This document shows positions 26,901 to 37,700 of a stretch of 64,000 nucleotides of DNA, piece by piece (the stretch's first letter is position 1; each line of letters opens with the position of its first letter). Made by a program: the position numbers and the translations under genes. Location of the stretch: the sequence record MN018232.1. The stretch is one strand, 5' to 3'. The notes beneath the pieces are model-generated. The model had not been told where the DNA came from. It did not search any database and worked only from the letters and a program-made list of their open reading frames with translations.

Positions 26901-29900
26901 TGGGAAGTCTTGTGACTGAAGACTAAATGTATCAATGTTCAGAATCGTTGATGATGCAGAGTAGATAGCTGGAATTGAAATATCCCTATTGTATGGATTA
27001 CTATCATATACATCTGTTGGACTATTGAATGGTCCATACTTATGGTTGGTTGTGGCAACTCTAAAGTCAATCGTAGGGATTGTAGAACCATTGGTGACCT
27101 GAGAACCACCATCATCCATTCTACCTCTTACTGTCTCACCAACGACAAATGTTCCATGAATCATCTCAATTTCAATGAGTTTTGGTGTCACATAGTTGTT
27201 AACATCAACATCATCAAAGAATGAATAGACTCTTGTAAATGGTTTGAATGATGTTGCAGTTACATCAATATTACGAGATCTCATAAAGTTGATGATCTCT
27301 CTTCTTACAACTCTACTACCAAGAGATTCTGTATCAATTCTCTCATTAACAAAGAACTGTCTTCCAGTTCTATTCTGTGAAAGATTGACAGACGTTGTTG
27401 CTCTTATATTATTGTCTGTAGTTGTTGTATTTGTTCTCTGAGTTGTTGTATTTGTAGTTCTTACTTGACCCGTTCTTCTTGAACCTTGAGTATTAGTATT
27501 GGATGTTTGTCTTGTTGTAGAACTTGTCTGAGTTGATTGATTGTTTGACAATGAGGTGTTTACATCTACACCAACAGTCTGCCAAGAATTCCAAATAACA
27601 GGAGAAACACCTGCTCTTGAACCATCTCTTCTTGTTCTAATATCTGCACCCAGAGCTTCAGCAACACCTCTGAACGAACCCTCCATCATTACATCATTGA
27701 CTTCAAGTTCGTTTACATCAATCCAAACGTCAACTTCGGGAGTAAGTTCAATATTACCTTGCCAGAACTGAACCAGATATGGAGTTACATTTTCAGCTCT
27801 TGTTGCAAATGGTTGTTGTAACCAAGTTTCATCAGTATAATCAAGAGTCAGGATTCTACCACTCTTCTTGACATTTGCACCAACAACTTCTGCAAAGTTT
27901 GAATCTTGATTTGCGTCAGATGTAGTACCAATACCAGTTACTGCAGTTGTTCCCAGTTGAAGATTGAGTGCAGTAGTGTAGTGAGATGGTCTAAGAACAC
28001 CTCTCTCAGTGTCAATACTGTTTCTGATACCAATACTTGTATCTTGAGGTTCAAGAGTTGTGAAGTTATCTACAAAGATACCAGACTTGAATCTGTTGTT
28101 TCCATTTGCGTCTTCAACGAAGAGATTGAGTGTATTCGTCTCAAGTTGATTTAATGAAGTATAATACTCAAGATTCTTGATTCTCTGTTCAAGTTTAGAG
28201 ATATCACTCATTTGATATCTCTTATGTTCAATAAACTTAATTTCAGCGTCTGTAGTGTCGAAAAGATATGCTGGGAGGAATACATTAGCAATATTCATCA
28301 CACCACTCAGACTATCTGGAAGTCTAGGATCATCGTCTGGTGCACCTTCAAGAACACTAAGAATACCTTCTTTATCGATGAAGACTCTATCTGCTCTTGG
28401 TAAGTAATAGTCATATGTCACCGTCAGTGACTCGTCAGAAGCAATGATGTGACTTGATGATTGGAGATTACCATTCTGACCATCAGCAAAGTTTCTACCA
28501 TCAAACTCAAATGGTGACCTTACATTTTCAGCAACCACATAATCAGTGAGTCGTGGTCTTACATCAATAATATCAGATACTCTTACATCTTGGACTCCTC
28601 CAATTTCTGTTCCATAATTATACCCAACATAAGAGTTGATAGTTGTAATATCACCCTCGTCTGCATCATCATAAGAAGATGATGCAAAGTATACACGAAG
28701 TTTTCTAGCAGGAATCTGTGCTTCTCCTCTTCTCTCAATTCTAGAGTAATCGTAGAATGTTCCTCTTTGACCATTGAAGAATTTAAAGTCAGTAGTAACT
28801 TCTTTAGAACCCAGTTTTACATTTGATGAGACACCATTAACTGTTGAAGACTCAAAACTAATTACTTCTGAATTCTGGAATGTTGTGTCATTCAAATATG
28901 TGAAGTAAATCGCAGTATCATCAAGTTTCTGGAGATAAATTGCTTTTGCACCACTGGTTTGACCTGTGAGAATTTCTCCAATAATCAGGTCATTTGTCGT
29001 AGCAGTAATACCATCAAGTTGTGATAATGTCATGTTAGGACATACTGGATCAGAATTGTCATCTGACTCAAAGATGCCGTAGATCTTATAGACATCAACA
29101 GTATTCAGTGAGATTACTTCATCCTGAACTCTTGTACCATAAGGATAGTTACCAGTTGTTAAACCATCATCTAATGTAGTTGAACCAATACCAGATGCAG
29201 CCCTACTAGACTTATTGATAATCAAATCTTGGGACACGTTCTTCAGTTTTGTTTTTGAAGTAACGTCAGTCTTTCTGATTGTAGTAATCAGTTTGGTATT
29301 GGTATCATTAGAACCAAGACCATTGATTTGAAGTGACTTTGAACCATTCGTAAATTCAAATCTATCTTCAGTCAGAACTTCAGTAGAACCATCAGATCTA
29401 ATCAGAGTATATCTCTCCTCATCAAATGGTAAGAATACTTCCTTATCCTCAGTATTAATGATAGGAGTAGAATTATTAGTAATGGAAGTTGTATATTGTC
29501 TTCTAATTACTAATTCAGACCCAATAAGATTTACTGATGAGATATTGGTCTTAGGGAAAGCACTGTAAAGAGTGTCATTATTGGCCAAATTACCTGAACC
29601 AGGACCACCAACCCCTTTGGTGGAGAGGAGTTCAAAGTTCTGAATAGTCTCTACACTGGTTGGAAGAGCACCATTACAAATACCAGAAACAGTAGTTACG
29701 GCTTCAACAGTAATATTAGTCTGACCAACACCTGTTACTCTTGCAAAACTTGCTACATCTAAAGTTGGTCTAGAATATCTTACAATATTACCAACAGTAA
29801 CGATGCCAACGAACGAAAAACCAGGATCTGCAGGAATTGAAATCAGTGATGTGCTACCAGATTCTGCAGAAATATTTGCTGAACCAAAATTACGAACTCG

Positions 29901-31601
29901 TGACTGAATAGTATCTCCAGTAAAGGTTGCAGCAGTTCCAACTACACCAAATACTGACTTAACATCAGATAATGAGAAATTTTTATCACTTGTAACAAAT
30001 CTTGCATCATCCAATATCCCATTGAAGAGAAGTCTCTCCCCTTTATGGAATTCACCTTCAACATTATAAGCAGTTAGTGCAGTACCTGCTGTTACATTAT
30101 GCTTAAGATAACCCTTTGCACCACTTGACTCACCCTTGATAAAGGTTGACGTGGTAAGTGTGATTGGTTCGTTGAGTGTGATGTCAGTATATGTCTGAAC
30201 ATCAAATAATGATAAATCCCATGTATTCAAGTTGGGGAATGCAGTATCATACGAACCACCTTCTAAAACAAAGTCATATACTCTTGCAATACCAATTTCT
30301 TTACCTGAGGAGGTCAATGAATTAACACCAACTCTCTGATCTCTCAAACTCAGAGTCAAAGATGTATTAATACCAATTGTTGCAGATCCACTAACTCTGT
30401 TTAAGTTGAGAGTTGGTCCAAAACCGAAATTAACTGCTTGATCTTCAATAGTTCTTGTAGTTCTTGGCTTTCTAAAGTCAATTAAAGTAGGAGCAATGGT
30501 TTCTACCTCATATCCCCTTACATAAGCCTTACCAGGAGAGATTTTGTAGATACCAAGGTCGTCACTAGGAACATTACCAGATTGAGTGACTTGAGTCGAA
30601 TTATAGATACCTCTATTTCCTTCATTGTTGTTAAGACTATTCTTAACTGAAGTTACAAACTCTTTTACGTAATAATCGCCAGATTCATCAAAAGTTCTAC
30701 GTGCAAATTCGTCACCTAAGAAGTTATAATCAGTATTTTTGTTAATAAGACGTAAAACACCGTCTTTTACTTCCGATAATTGAACAAAATTCGACTCATC
30801 AAAACTATCAAGTGGCTTTTTCGACAAAGTTGTCGAAATTTTCAATCTATCGGCACCAGGAGCCGTAAAATTGTTAAATCCTTGGGCATTATCATTAAGT
30901 GAAGGGTCAACATCAGAAGAAACGATCTCTTCAACAACATCTAAACCTACTCGATAGGATGGGACATTAGAATATTGGTCAAGAATCAGTGTTTGGGCAC
31001 TAACATTGACAAAATACCCTCTCAGAAAGTAAACACCCTGAGATAAATTGAATGATGAACCAATAATTGCTGCATTTTGTGGAATTGTTGTTGCAAAACC
31101 TTCACCAGCAGAAATAAAGGTAGATGCATAAGTGATATTCTTACTAGTAAGGAGAACTTCACTGTCTAAAAACGTACTTACATCCTCATCAGAGTTTGCA
31201 GAATTCTCATAGTTCAAATAAAGGGTATATGTGCCTCTTTCGGACTCTTCGTCTGTGATATATGTGACAACTTTTGCGGTTACGCCAGATGTTGCACCAG
31301 TAATTGTGGTACCAACAATTTGATCGAGATAAATGCCAACAGGAACACCCAAGAATTCGGGCTCAATCTGTACACCATAAAAATTCTGAATATATGTCAG
31401 ATCACCAGGAATTACTTTTGCACCTTCTTTGAAGAAGTGGTTACCCATCTCTTCAACTTGGTTTTGCAGAATAGACTGCAGACCAGTCAGTTCTCTTGCT
31501 TGAACAGGAAAACCAGGTTTGAATAGAACCTTATAATAATTCGACTGGGGATCAAAGTCGTCAAAATATGGGGCGACATTGAGATTAGTTTCCTGTGGCA
31601 T
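23982..31601 (-). CDS. Giant virion structural protein (DUF4815/VrlC-like)
   Basis: NLNVAPYFDDF, PVQARELT.LQSILQ, ARRTFDESGDY, NRFKSGIFVDNF, DPLAQTF; 2539 aa. Confidence 0.8.
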   Translation of the reverse strand: MPQETNLNVAPYFDDFDPQSNYYKVLFKPGFPVQARELTGLQSILQNQVEEMGNHFFKEGAKVIPGDLTYIQNFYGVQIEPEFLGVPVGIYLDQIVGTTITGATSGVTAKVVTYITDEESERGTYTLYLNYENSANSDEDVSTFLDSEVLLTSKNITYASTFISAGEGFATTIPQNAAIIGSSFNLSQGVYFLRGYFVNVSAQTLILDQYSNVPSYRVGLDVVEEIVSSDVDPSLNDNAQGFNNFTAPGADRLKISTTLSKKPLDSFDESNFVQLSEVKDGVLRLINKNTDYNFLGDEFARRTFDESGDYYVKEFVTSVKNSLNNNEGNRGIYNSTQVTQSGNVPSDDLGIYKISPGKAYVRGYEVETIAPTLIDFRKPRTTRTIEDQAVNFGFGPTLNLNRVSGSATIGINTSLTLSLRDQRVGVNSLTSSGKEIGIARVYDFVLEGGSYDTAFPNLNTWDLSLFDVQTYTDITLNEPITLTTSTFIKGESSGAKGYLKHNVTAGTALTAYNVEGEFHKGERLLFNGILDDARFVTSDKNFSLSDVKSVFGVVGTAATFTGDTIQSRVRNFGSANISAESGSTSLISIPADPGFSFVGIVTVGNIVRYSRPTLDVASFARVTGVGQTNITVEAVTTVSGICNGALPTSVETIQNFELLSTKGVGGPGSGNLANNDTLYSAFPKTNISSVNLIGSELVIRRQYTTSITNNSTPIINTEDKEVFLPFDEERYTLIRSDGSTEVLTEDRFEFTNGSKSLQINGLGSNDTNTKLITTIRKTDVTSKTKLKNVSQDLIINKSSRAASGIGSTTLDDGLTTGNYPYGTRVQDEVISLNTVDVYKIYGIFESDDNSDPVCPNMTLSQLDGITATTNDLIIGEILTGQTSGAKAIYLQKLDDTAIYFTYLNDTTFQNSEVISFESSTVNGVSSNVKLGSKEVTTDFKFFNGQRGTFYDYSRIERRGEAQIPARKLRVYFASSSYDDADEGDITTINSYVGYNYGTEIGGVQDVRVSDIIDVRPRLTDYVVAENVRSPFEFDGRNFADGQNGNLQSSSHIIASDESLTVTYDYYLPRADRVFIDKEGILSVLEGAPDDDPRLPDSLSGVMNIANVFLPAYLFDTTDAEIKFIEHKRYQMSDISKLEQRIKNLEYYTSLNQLETNTLNLFVEDANGNNRFKSGIFVDNFTTLEPQDTSIGIRNSIDTERGVLRPSHYTTALNLQLGTTAVTGIGTTSDANQDSNFAEVVGANVKKSGRILTLDYTDETWLQQPFATRAENVTPYLVQFWQGNIELTPEVDVWIDVNELEVNDVMMEGSFRGVAEALGADIRTRRDGSRAGVSPVIWNSWQTVGVDVNTSLSNNQSTQTSSTTRQTSNTNTQGSRRTGQVRTTNTTTQRTNTTTTDNNIRATTSVNLSQNRTGRQFFVNERIDTESLGSRVVRREIINFMRSRNIDVTATSFKPFTRVYSFFDDVDVNNYVTPKLIEIEMIHGTFVVGETVRGRMDDGGSQVTNGSTIPTIDFRVATTNHKYGPFNSPTDVYDSNPYNRDISIPAIYSASSTILNIDTFSLQSQDFPQFSGWISRSMILTGASSGAQARVSNVRLITDRVGTLQASYFVPSPNNPANPIFETGRSSFRLTSSRTNSTIEGLVSTAGESIFYSQGDVDTTQETTLSVRNATVRRADLTQRRNIGDTATSNTITITDTNTDTQSTSTTSVRVIPPRIDPLAQTFLVDDPTGVFITKVDLFFVTKDENIPVLFEIRETNLGTPTDKVLPFSFKSVDPKDVNLSDDGTVATTITLDAPVYLNPEKEYAMVLLSHSTEYRVWISRLGEADVTTLGQEAGQILVTEQPLLGSLFKSQNASVWTPSQYEDLKFNLYVANFKSQGSVSFYNPELPSDLAQIDPNGLTVNSREIRVGLGTTVSDSGLVVGRTVKQLGNGAQGTLVAFAGSVTSNFTITNAGVGYTPSSATFTYTGVALTAVTGKGVNATADITIENGVATEAVVRAGGTGYVVGDVLTPVQVGSVNLGSGIQLSVNELLGNNTLVLDNVQGNFTTNSAYPLYYENSVGFTTELNDVGGNVIPVSPINVTEQGNYIRVFQRNHGLYSNVNRVTISDVRSDLVPNTLSQEYGFDTTTFITIEGLATDFETFENLGVGGTNPGYVKIGDEIISYTGVNGRTLTGVTRGIDNTTIATHSSGELIYKYELNGVSLRRINTSHLLANVVSSELDEAPIGLDYYYVKVQMNANGTNRAPANAAGFPPLYFKENKLAGGPLVKGTYNLPYNLITPKVTTITPQGTNLISQVRTISASSVSGNQESYLDKGYKQVTIFDKNYFDGQRMVASAQNESNLLNGDTFAGNKSFEMQFTLLSGNSRISPVIDLDNASVVYTMNRISRPVTDYVADFRVNGTEDDPNRFTYVSKNVTLENPASSLQVLLDGYVSNYSDIRVFYALNQDVPVEETIFVPFPGYKNIDINGAILDISSNNGTPDKRVPKVDAYVPEPTQDQYKEYKFTIDEVKPFKTFRIKIIGTSTDQSTVPMIRNLRVLSFA

Positions 31602-31606
31602 ATCTC

Positions 31607-33166
31607 TTAGAATTGCAAGATAACTTTAACGTCTTCTTTCTGTGAAGATGATCTGGTGACTGATGGCCTATTATCAACATAAATGATGTCACCAGAGTAC
31701 TTTTGAGACTCTGGATTTGAAATTCCACTATTGAATTCCTGACCCAGATAGTAGGTACGACTATTTATTGTCGTAGATACACCTGAAAAGTTTTGGTCAA
31801 TATTGAGTGTGTTACCTGAAGTTGGTGAGATTTGGATACTACCACCTGTTGTAGGTGATGATGTAAACTTCAATTGTTCAAAACCATATACAGGAACAAC
31901 GTTCTGAGTGCCATCAGTATTGAATCCTGCAGTCCTTCTGTCCTGCCAATACTTCAAAATACCAGTCTGTTGGTCATAAGAAACAACTCTACCGATGGCT
32001 GTTGAACCTAAACCAACGGTTTGTGTAACAAAACTGTCTGCGGTAAAGACTGCTTCACTGTAACCAGTACCAACAAGCTTCAATGCATAGAGTGCACTGG
32101 CTTTATCTTTGGTCAAATTGGTTGTTGAGTTGTAATTTGTTGGATTTTTGACGATTCCAACCTGTGCAAACTGGTTTCCAGTGATAAAATCGGGATTTTG
32201 GGTGTCATTTTCAAATCTAGCATAAGAAAGTACGTTATAAGCACCCAATTCACGATAAATATCGGCACCATGACCACCTGGAGGAGGAATAATTACGTTA
32301 AAAACGGGTGCGACACTGCCATTTGGGACACCACCATTCTCTAAATCGAGAGTTCCGAAGGAATATCCACTTCCTCCTCTTGAAATTGTCACAGATTCGA
32401 CTTTTGAGTCGTTATTGATGACAACTGTAGCCTCTGCACCACGTCCATCGCCTAAAATTGGCACTCTTGTGTAGGTAACATTGGCAGTTCCGATGCCAAC
32501 TCCACGATTTCTGATGGTAACAACCTTTAATTGACCACTTGTGCCTGCATTTTCTCTTACAGCAGAGTAAGAACTGTTGGTTTCCCAGTCAGTTGGGACT
32601 GCAATATAGTTTGTTGAGTCAAATTTGATGATTTGATTCGGCTTAATCGTATAAAGATACTTCCAAATATAACCATCACCACTGCTTCCAGCCTCTCTTG
32701 GCTCCAAATCTGTGAAATTTGGCTCGTCAAGAGAAGGACCACCTCTAAAACTATTCTCTGGATTAGCGTTATTGAACAGACAGATATAAACTTTATACTC
32801 ACTATTCATTACATAATAGTTGGAGTCGTAAATGTCATACGATCCAGATGGTTGAGATGGGTTATCTCTATCAATATCATTCCTCCACATGTCATATGTG
32901 GTACCAGATTGCCAGGTAATTTTCCTTATAACCTGGCTTACATCACCCGAATTAATCTTTTTAAGGGCCAACATGGTGTCCCAGTAATAGTTGGAGTCAT
33001 CCAAACTATCTTTTGGGGCAGGTGGATTCGAGTTCCAATCACTCTGAAACTCAGGAGCATCTGGTAGACCAATCCACGCATAGTAAGAATTAGAAGAATC
33101 TTGTACAGAATCGACAAAATTCTTCGCATTCAAGATACGCAGTTGATCAGTAATTATCGCAGCCAT
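31607..33166 (-). CDS. g8: Baseplate wedge protein gp8
   Basis: WQSGTTYDMWR, YKVYICLFN, DGYIWKYLY, YSGDIIYVDNR. Confidence 0.9.
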   Translation of the reverse strand: MAAIITDQLRILNAKNFVDSVQDSSNSYYAWIGLPDAPEFQSDWNSNPPAPKDSLDDSNYYWDTMLALKKINSGDVSQVIRKITWQSGTTYDMWRNDIDRDNPSQPSGSYDIYDSNYYVMNSEYKVYICLFNNANPENSFRGGPSLDEPNFTDLEPREAGSSGDGYIWKYLYTIKPNQIIKFDSTNYIAVPTDWETNSSYSAVRENAGTSGQLKVVTIRNRGVGIGTANVTYTRVPILGDGRGAEATVVINNDSKVESVTISRGGSGYSFGTLDLENGGVPNGSVAPVFNVIIPPPGGHGADIYRELGAYNVLSYARFENDTQNPDFITGNQFAQVGIVKNPTNYNSTTNLTKDKASALYALKLVGTGYSEAVFTADSFVTQTVGLGSTAIGRVVSYDQQTGILKYWQDRRTAGFNTDGTQNVVPVYGFEQLKFTSSPTTGGSIQISPTSGNTLNIDQNFSGVSTTINSRTYYLGQEFNSGISNPESQKYSGDIIYVDNRPSVTRSSSQKEDVKVILQF

Positions 33167-33191
33167 GTTTAGAGGACTTTTTTCTTATTTA

Positions 33192-34681
33192 TTATGATAA
33201 TGTGAGACTTGTGGAACCGATACCAGCAACTGTAAATGTTAGAGTAGTTCCAGAGAACGTAATCTGAACACCTTGAGTAGATGCCGCACTTACAAATCCA
33301 CCAATTGCAGTAACAATACCAGTGTTATACTGATTAGTTGCCGTAACAACACCTAATGTCGATACACCAGTAACTACTAATGAATCTGCATTTATATTTG
33401 CAGTGTTTGCAACACCAGTGTAACTAATTGTCGAAATACCAGAATTTGTGGTAACACTTATATTGGATCCAGCAGAGATAAGTGTAGTAATTCCTGTTAC
33501 ATTAGAAGCATCAGCACCAGTCAGAGTGGTGACTACACCAGTCATTCCTGAACCATCAGCACCAGTCAGAGTGGTGACTACACCAGTCATTCCTGAACCA
33601 TCAGCACCAGTCAGAGTGGTGACTACACCAGTCATTCCTGAACCATCAGCACAGTCATTCCTGAACCATCAGCACCAGTCAGAGTGGTGACTACACCAGT
33701 CATTCCTGAACCATCAGCACCAGTCAGAGTGGTGACTACACCAGTCATTCCTGAACCATCAGCACCAGTCAGAGTGGTTACAACACCAGTCAGGTTCGAT
33801 CCATCACCATAATATGTTGCACCAGTTACGATTCCAAGAGTAGAAATACCAGATACTTTGAAATAACCTAATACATCAGCACCACCATGTTTTGTTTCAA
33901 ATCTCTTATTGTTGTTATAATACAGCTCAACACCATAGTTTCCGTCAACGTTAGTTGACATTACTTGTGTTGTTCCAGCACCACTAGTAAAGTTTTGGGT
34001 ATCTGCCTTAATATTTAAAGCACCTGTATTAGCTCTAATGACATTCCCATCAGAGTCATTATGGAAGATAGTAAATTCTGATTGTTCTCCTAAGATAAAT
34101 TGTTTGTCATCGGTCATCAATAAAGATGAACCAAGACTTACAGTACCCGTAAGTGTGGATACTCCTGAAACATTAATACTTCCTGCAGAATGACCTGCAC
34201 CAACAAACATTGATCCGAAAGTACCAACACCCGTGATATTAATATTTCTACCTGTTACTTCATCATAGACAATATCATCAGACACATAAAGATCACCACC
34301 AACATACAAATCACCACCAGTGGTAGTAATACCGCCTTGACTTGCAAGTGTTGTGATACCAGAAGTAAGAAGTGTAGTTACGGTAGTTACACCTAACGTT
34401 GTAATACCAGCTACCTTTAGATTTCTAGAGATATCTACATCCGTCGTCGCAATGGAGACTGGAGTAGGTGCAGAAATTTCAACGTATCCTGTTGTTGTAT
34501 TTACAGCAACATTTGTTCCTGCAGTGATGGTGGTTACAACACCTGTAGCAAGTGATGAACCGTCACCAATGAGATTATAGATCTCACTAAAGTTACTGTT
34601 GATTTTAATACCACCAGAAACTAGTGAATCACCTGTCCCATCATTAGGAGCTGAGCCAGTGTTAATACCTTGGTATGCCAT
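33192..34681 (-). pseudogene. gp9/gp10-like baseplate-fibre gene split by a frameshift (ORFs 33632-34681 and 33192-33635)
   Basis: N-terminus GINTGSAPNDGTGDSL..GGIKINSNFSEIY; the two ORFs are contiguous halves of one repeat-containing protein, broken at a 23-bp defective unit of a 45-bp repeat. Confidence 0.75.
33509..33792. repeat. 45-bp tandem repeat encoding MTGVVTTLTGADGSG
   Basis: Five identical 45-bp units (starting 33509, 33554, 33599, 33667, 33712), one 23-bp broken unit (33644-33666) and one degenerate partial unit. Confidence 0.95.
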
Positions 34682-34715
34682 CTACTGTAGGATCCTTTTC
34701 TATGTTTTATTTATT

Positions 34716-37700
34716 TTAAGTTTGATAGTTATTAAACTTCAAAGGTCTGAATCTCTGAACCAATGGTGAGCTAGTAATACCTGTGTATGAATTAGGTGTA
34801 AACTCAAGTGCATCTGTGGTTGCTCTATTCAAGAATTGAATCTTACCCCATGTGTATTCACCGAGATTTCTCCCTCTTATGAAACCAGCTACCGTGGTAC
34901 CAAATCCAACGTTTGCAACCTCAACTCTTCTAATTGCAGTTGTTCCAAGACCAACTGAGGTCAGATCAACTGTGGAATTATAAGCAGCAGATACCTGATA
35001 GATATTGTCACTTGTGCTTGTAGACAGACCAAAGTTTGAAAGATTGACCACAAAATAATCACCAGTATTGAGTTGACTGATAGTAACTGCGGTACCTACA
35101 ATATTGGGATCTCTCATGTAAGAATTCTCTGGAATATAAAGTTCAAGTGTTCCAAGAGCACCTGTGGACTGTGCATATCCAACAATCTGTCCAAGATCAC
35201 CAAAGTAAGAACTGACACCAATTTGTTCTCTTCTAACGGAAGGTTGTTGAATAAGAACACTAGGTGCCTGAGTGTATCCTGTTCCTGCATTAGAGACAGA
35301 AATAGATACCACTCCATCACCAGTTACTGATGCAATACCTGTTGCTCGGGTTCCATTAGGATTATCTGGTAAAGATACTGATACTGAAGGAGTTGTTAGA
35401 TAAGAATAACCGGCACCAACATTACTTACGGTAAATGATGTGATTATTCCACCATAATCATTATCTACAACATATCCTGATGCTCCTGCTAGACTTGGAT
35501 CGTCTTGTGCTGGTGTATTACCATCTTGGAATATGCTTCTAATAGTAACAAGTGATGGTTTACTAATGACTGGAGCAATGTATGTGTTATGGAATGCATA
35601 ACCTAATGGGTTATTTGCTTGAATACCTGCTTGGGTACGCATTGAATCACTCCACTCTGGAGAAAGACTTCCATTTTCCCACAAACTTGTGTATTCAAAC
35701 ATACAGAAGTTTAGTAAGTATAAGTATTCTTTAGCCGCTACTTCAAACGCATCTGCATCTGTTTTCCAAGTATTTCCACCATATCCTGATGAATCCCAAA
35801 AACCTCCGTCATATGCTTCTTCCATTGCTGCATATAAATCACCTGTCTGCCAATCAGATGCCAAGTAACTGTATAGTTTTATAGTATCTGCAGGTAAACC
35901 ATGCATGTGTAGTGTATGGAATACGTGCTCAATAACTTCTTGTGCGTCTTGATCACCATCACCATATCCACTACCAGTTGAGTTCAAGTACCACACCATG
36001 TCATTTTGAACAGTGGTGTCAAATAAGTTAGTTAAGTTCCAATCAATAATACCTTGGTCAGTTAGGAAGTTTGGAGTATAGTCTGCTCCTGCACCTCTTG
36101 CTACTCTTTGAATAGTTGGTTTACCTGCGTGGTAAGTTCCCGAGTCACCACTCAATGTTTTGATCAAGTTTCTTTGGGATGTTTCATTAATACCTGCACC
36201 ATTTACATCTGTAAACAGTTCAACCATACGAGCAACTTTTTCTACCCATACATCTGGAACTGCTATTTGTCCGCCAGTTGTACCTGCAGATACAATTCTT
36301 ACACCATTAACTGTGACTTCACGTTTGAATAAATCACTACCGTCACCAACAAGATTAATAATTGGACCATTGTTATATTCTGGATCTACACCACTACCAG
36401 TAGATGCAGTAGCAATTGCAGATGCAATTGGTGATTGATCAATAATAACAATTCTATCTTGATAATCTAAGAGTGAAGTTTCATTTGTAGAATTGAAGAA
36501 TGGTCTTACAGTGTCTGTATAAGCAACAGCACTTGAGGTTCCAACATAAGATGTCAGATATGCTGCAGGATAAATTGATGGTTCATACTCAACTCTATCC
36601 TTAGTTACAAAGTCACCATTGATAGTGATATCGTCAGTTTGCTTACACCATGTAAGCGGTCTTACAAGTGCTTGATTTGTAGTAATACCAGGACCGTCAT
36701 AAGGGAATGTTCTAACAGTATCAAGAGTTGTAATACCAACTACGGTTCTTGGTTCTTGATATAAACCAAATCCTTGACCCTTAGTAGAATCATTCTTAAG
36801 TTGTAAAGTGTCACCTACCTTGACAGTTTCAAGAATATCAACCAGAACAACATCAACATCAGGTGTACCTTTGTAGAAGATGATCTTTGATGTGTCACCC
36901 TTTTTGGGAGCCTCTGTAAATTCAATGATAGAACCACCATTAAACTTATACGACTGATTTGGTACCTGAAGAATGTCATTGATGGTAACAATCAGACATT
37001 GTGCAATGTTGATGTCGGAACCATCTGCGGTTTCAATAGCAAATCCAGCACCAGCGATAGTGAGTGGGAATCTCTTCTCTACACCATCGAACAAGGTATC
37101 GAGTTTATCAAATACATCGAGTTCACCGACCGTAAATCCATTGAATGTGTCACGATAGGTAGTTGAAACCGTGAGTTGGAATTCATCATATGTGTAACTT
37201 GTATCAGTCTGGATACCAGTTGTACCACCAATAGAGAGTCTTAATACCTCTCCATCACCATAACCAAATCCACCACTTACAATATCAAAGTTAACAACAC
37301 TTGAACCCTGACCAACTGTGATGTCTACACGAGCACCTGTACCCATTCCAGTTTGACCGTCCGCATAGACCAGAGGAATATTTGAATAGGGAAGAGGTGC
37401 ATCAATTACGATAAGAGGAGGGTTATTCTGATCAAGGTTTGCTCCAAAGTAACTGGTTGTGATTGCAACAACTTGTCCATTCTGAACGGTTGCTGTACCG
37501 ATGTTCACAACTGTTGTGATGCCAGTTGAAGAAACTGCATAACCAACATTGACTGTTTGAACACCAACTCTATATCCAGATCCAGGATTACCAATTTCAA
37601 CAGATGTAATCGTACCACCACCAGATACAAAACATGATGCACCAGCAGATATCAATGGTTGATATCCAAGACCTGGAGTAGACGCCACAGAGATGATTGT

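Noticed and set aside
33509-33792. 45-bp repeat array as a possible CRISPR
   Set aside because: Units are head-to-tail with no unique spacers, are a multiple of 3, encode a peptide repeat, and no cas genes are present.
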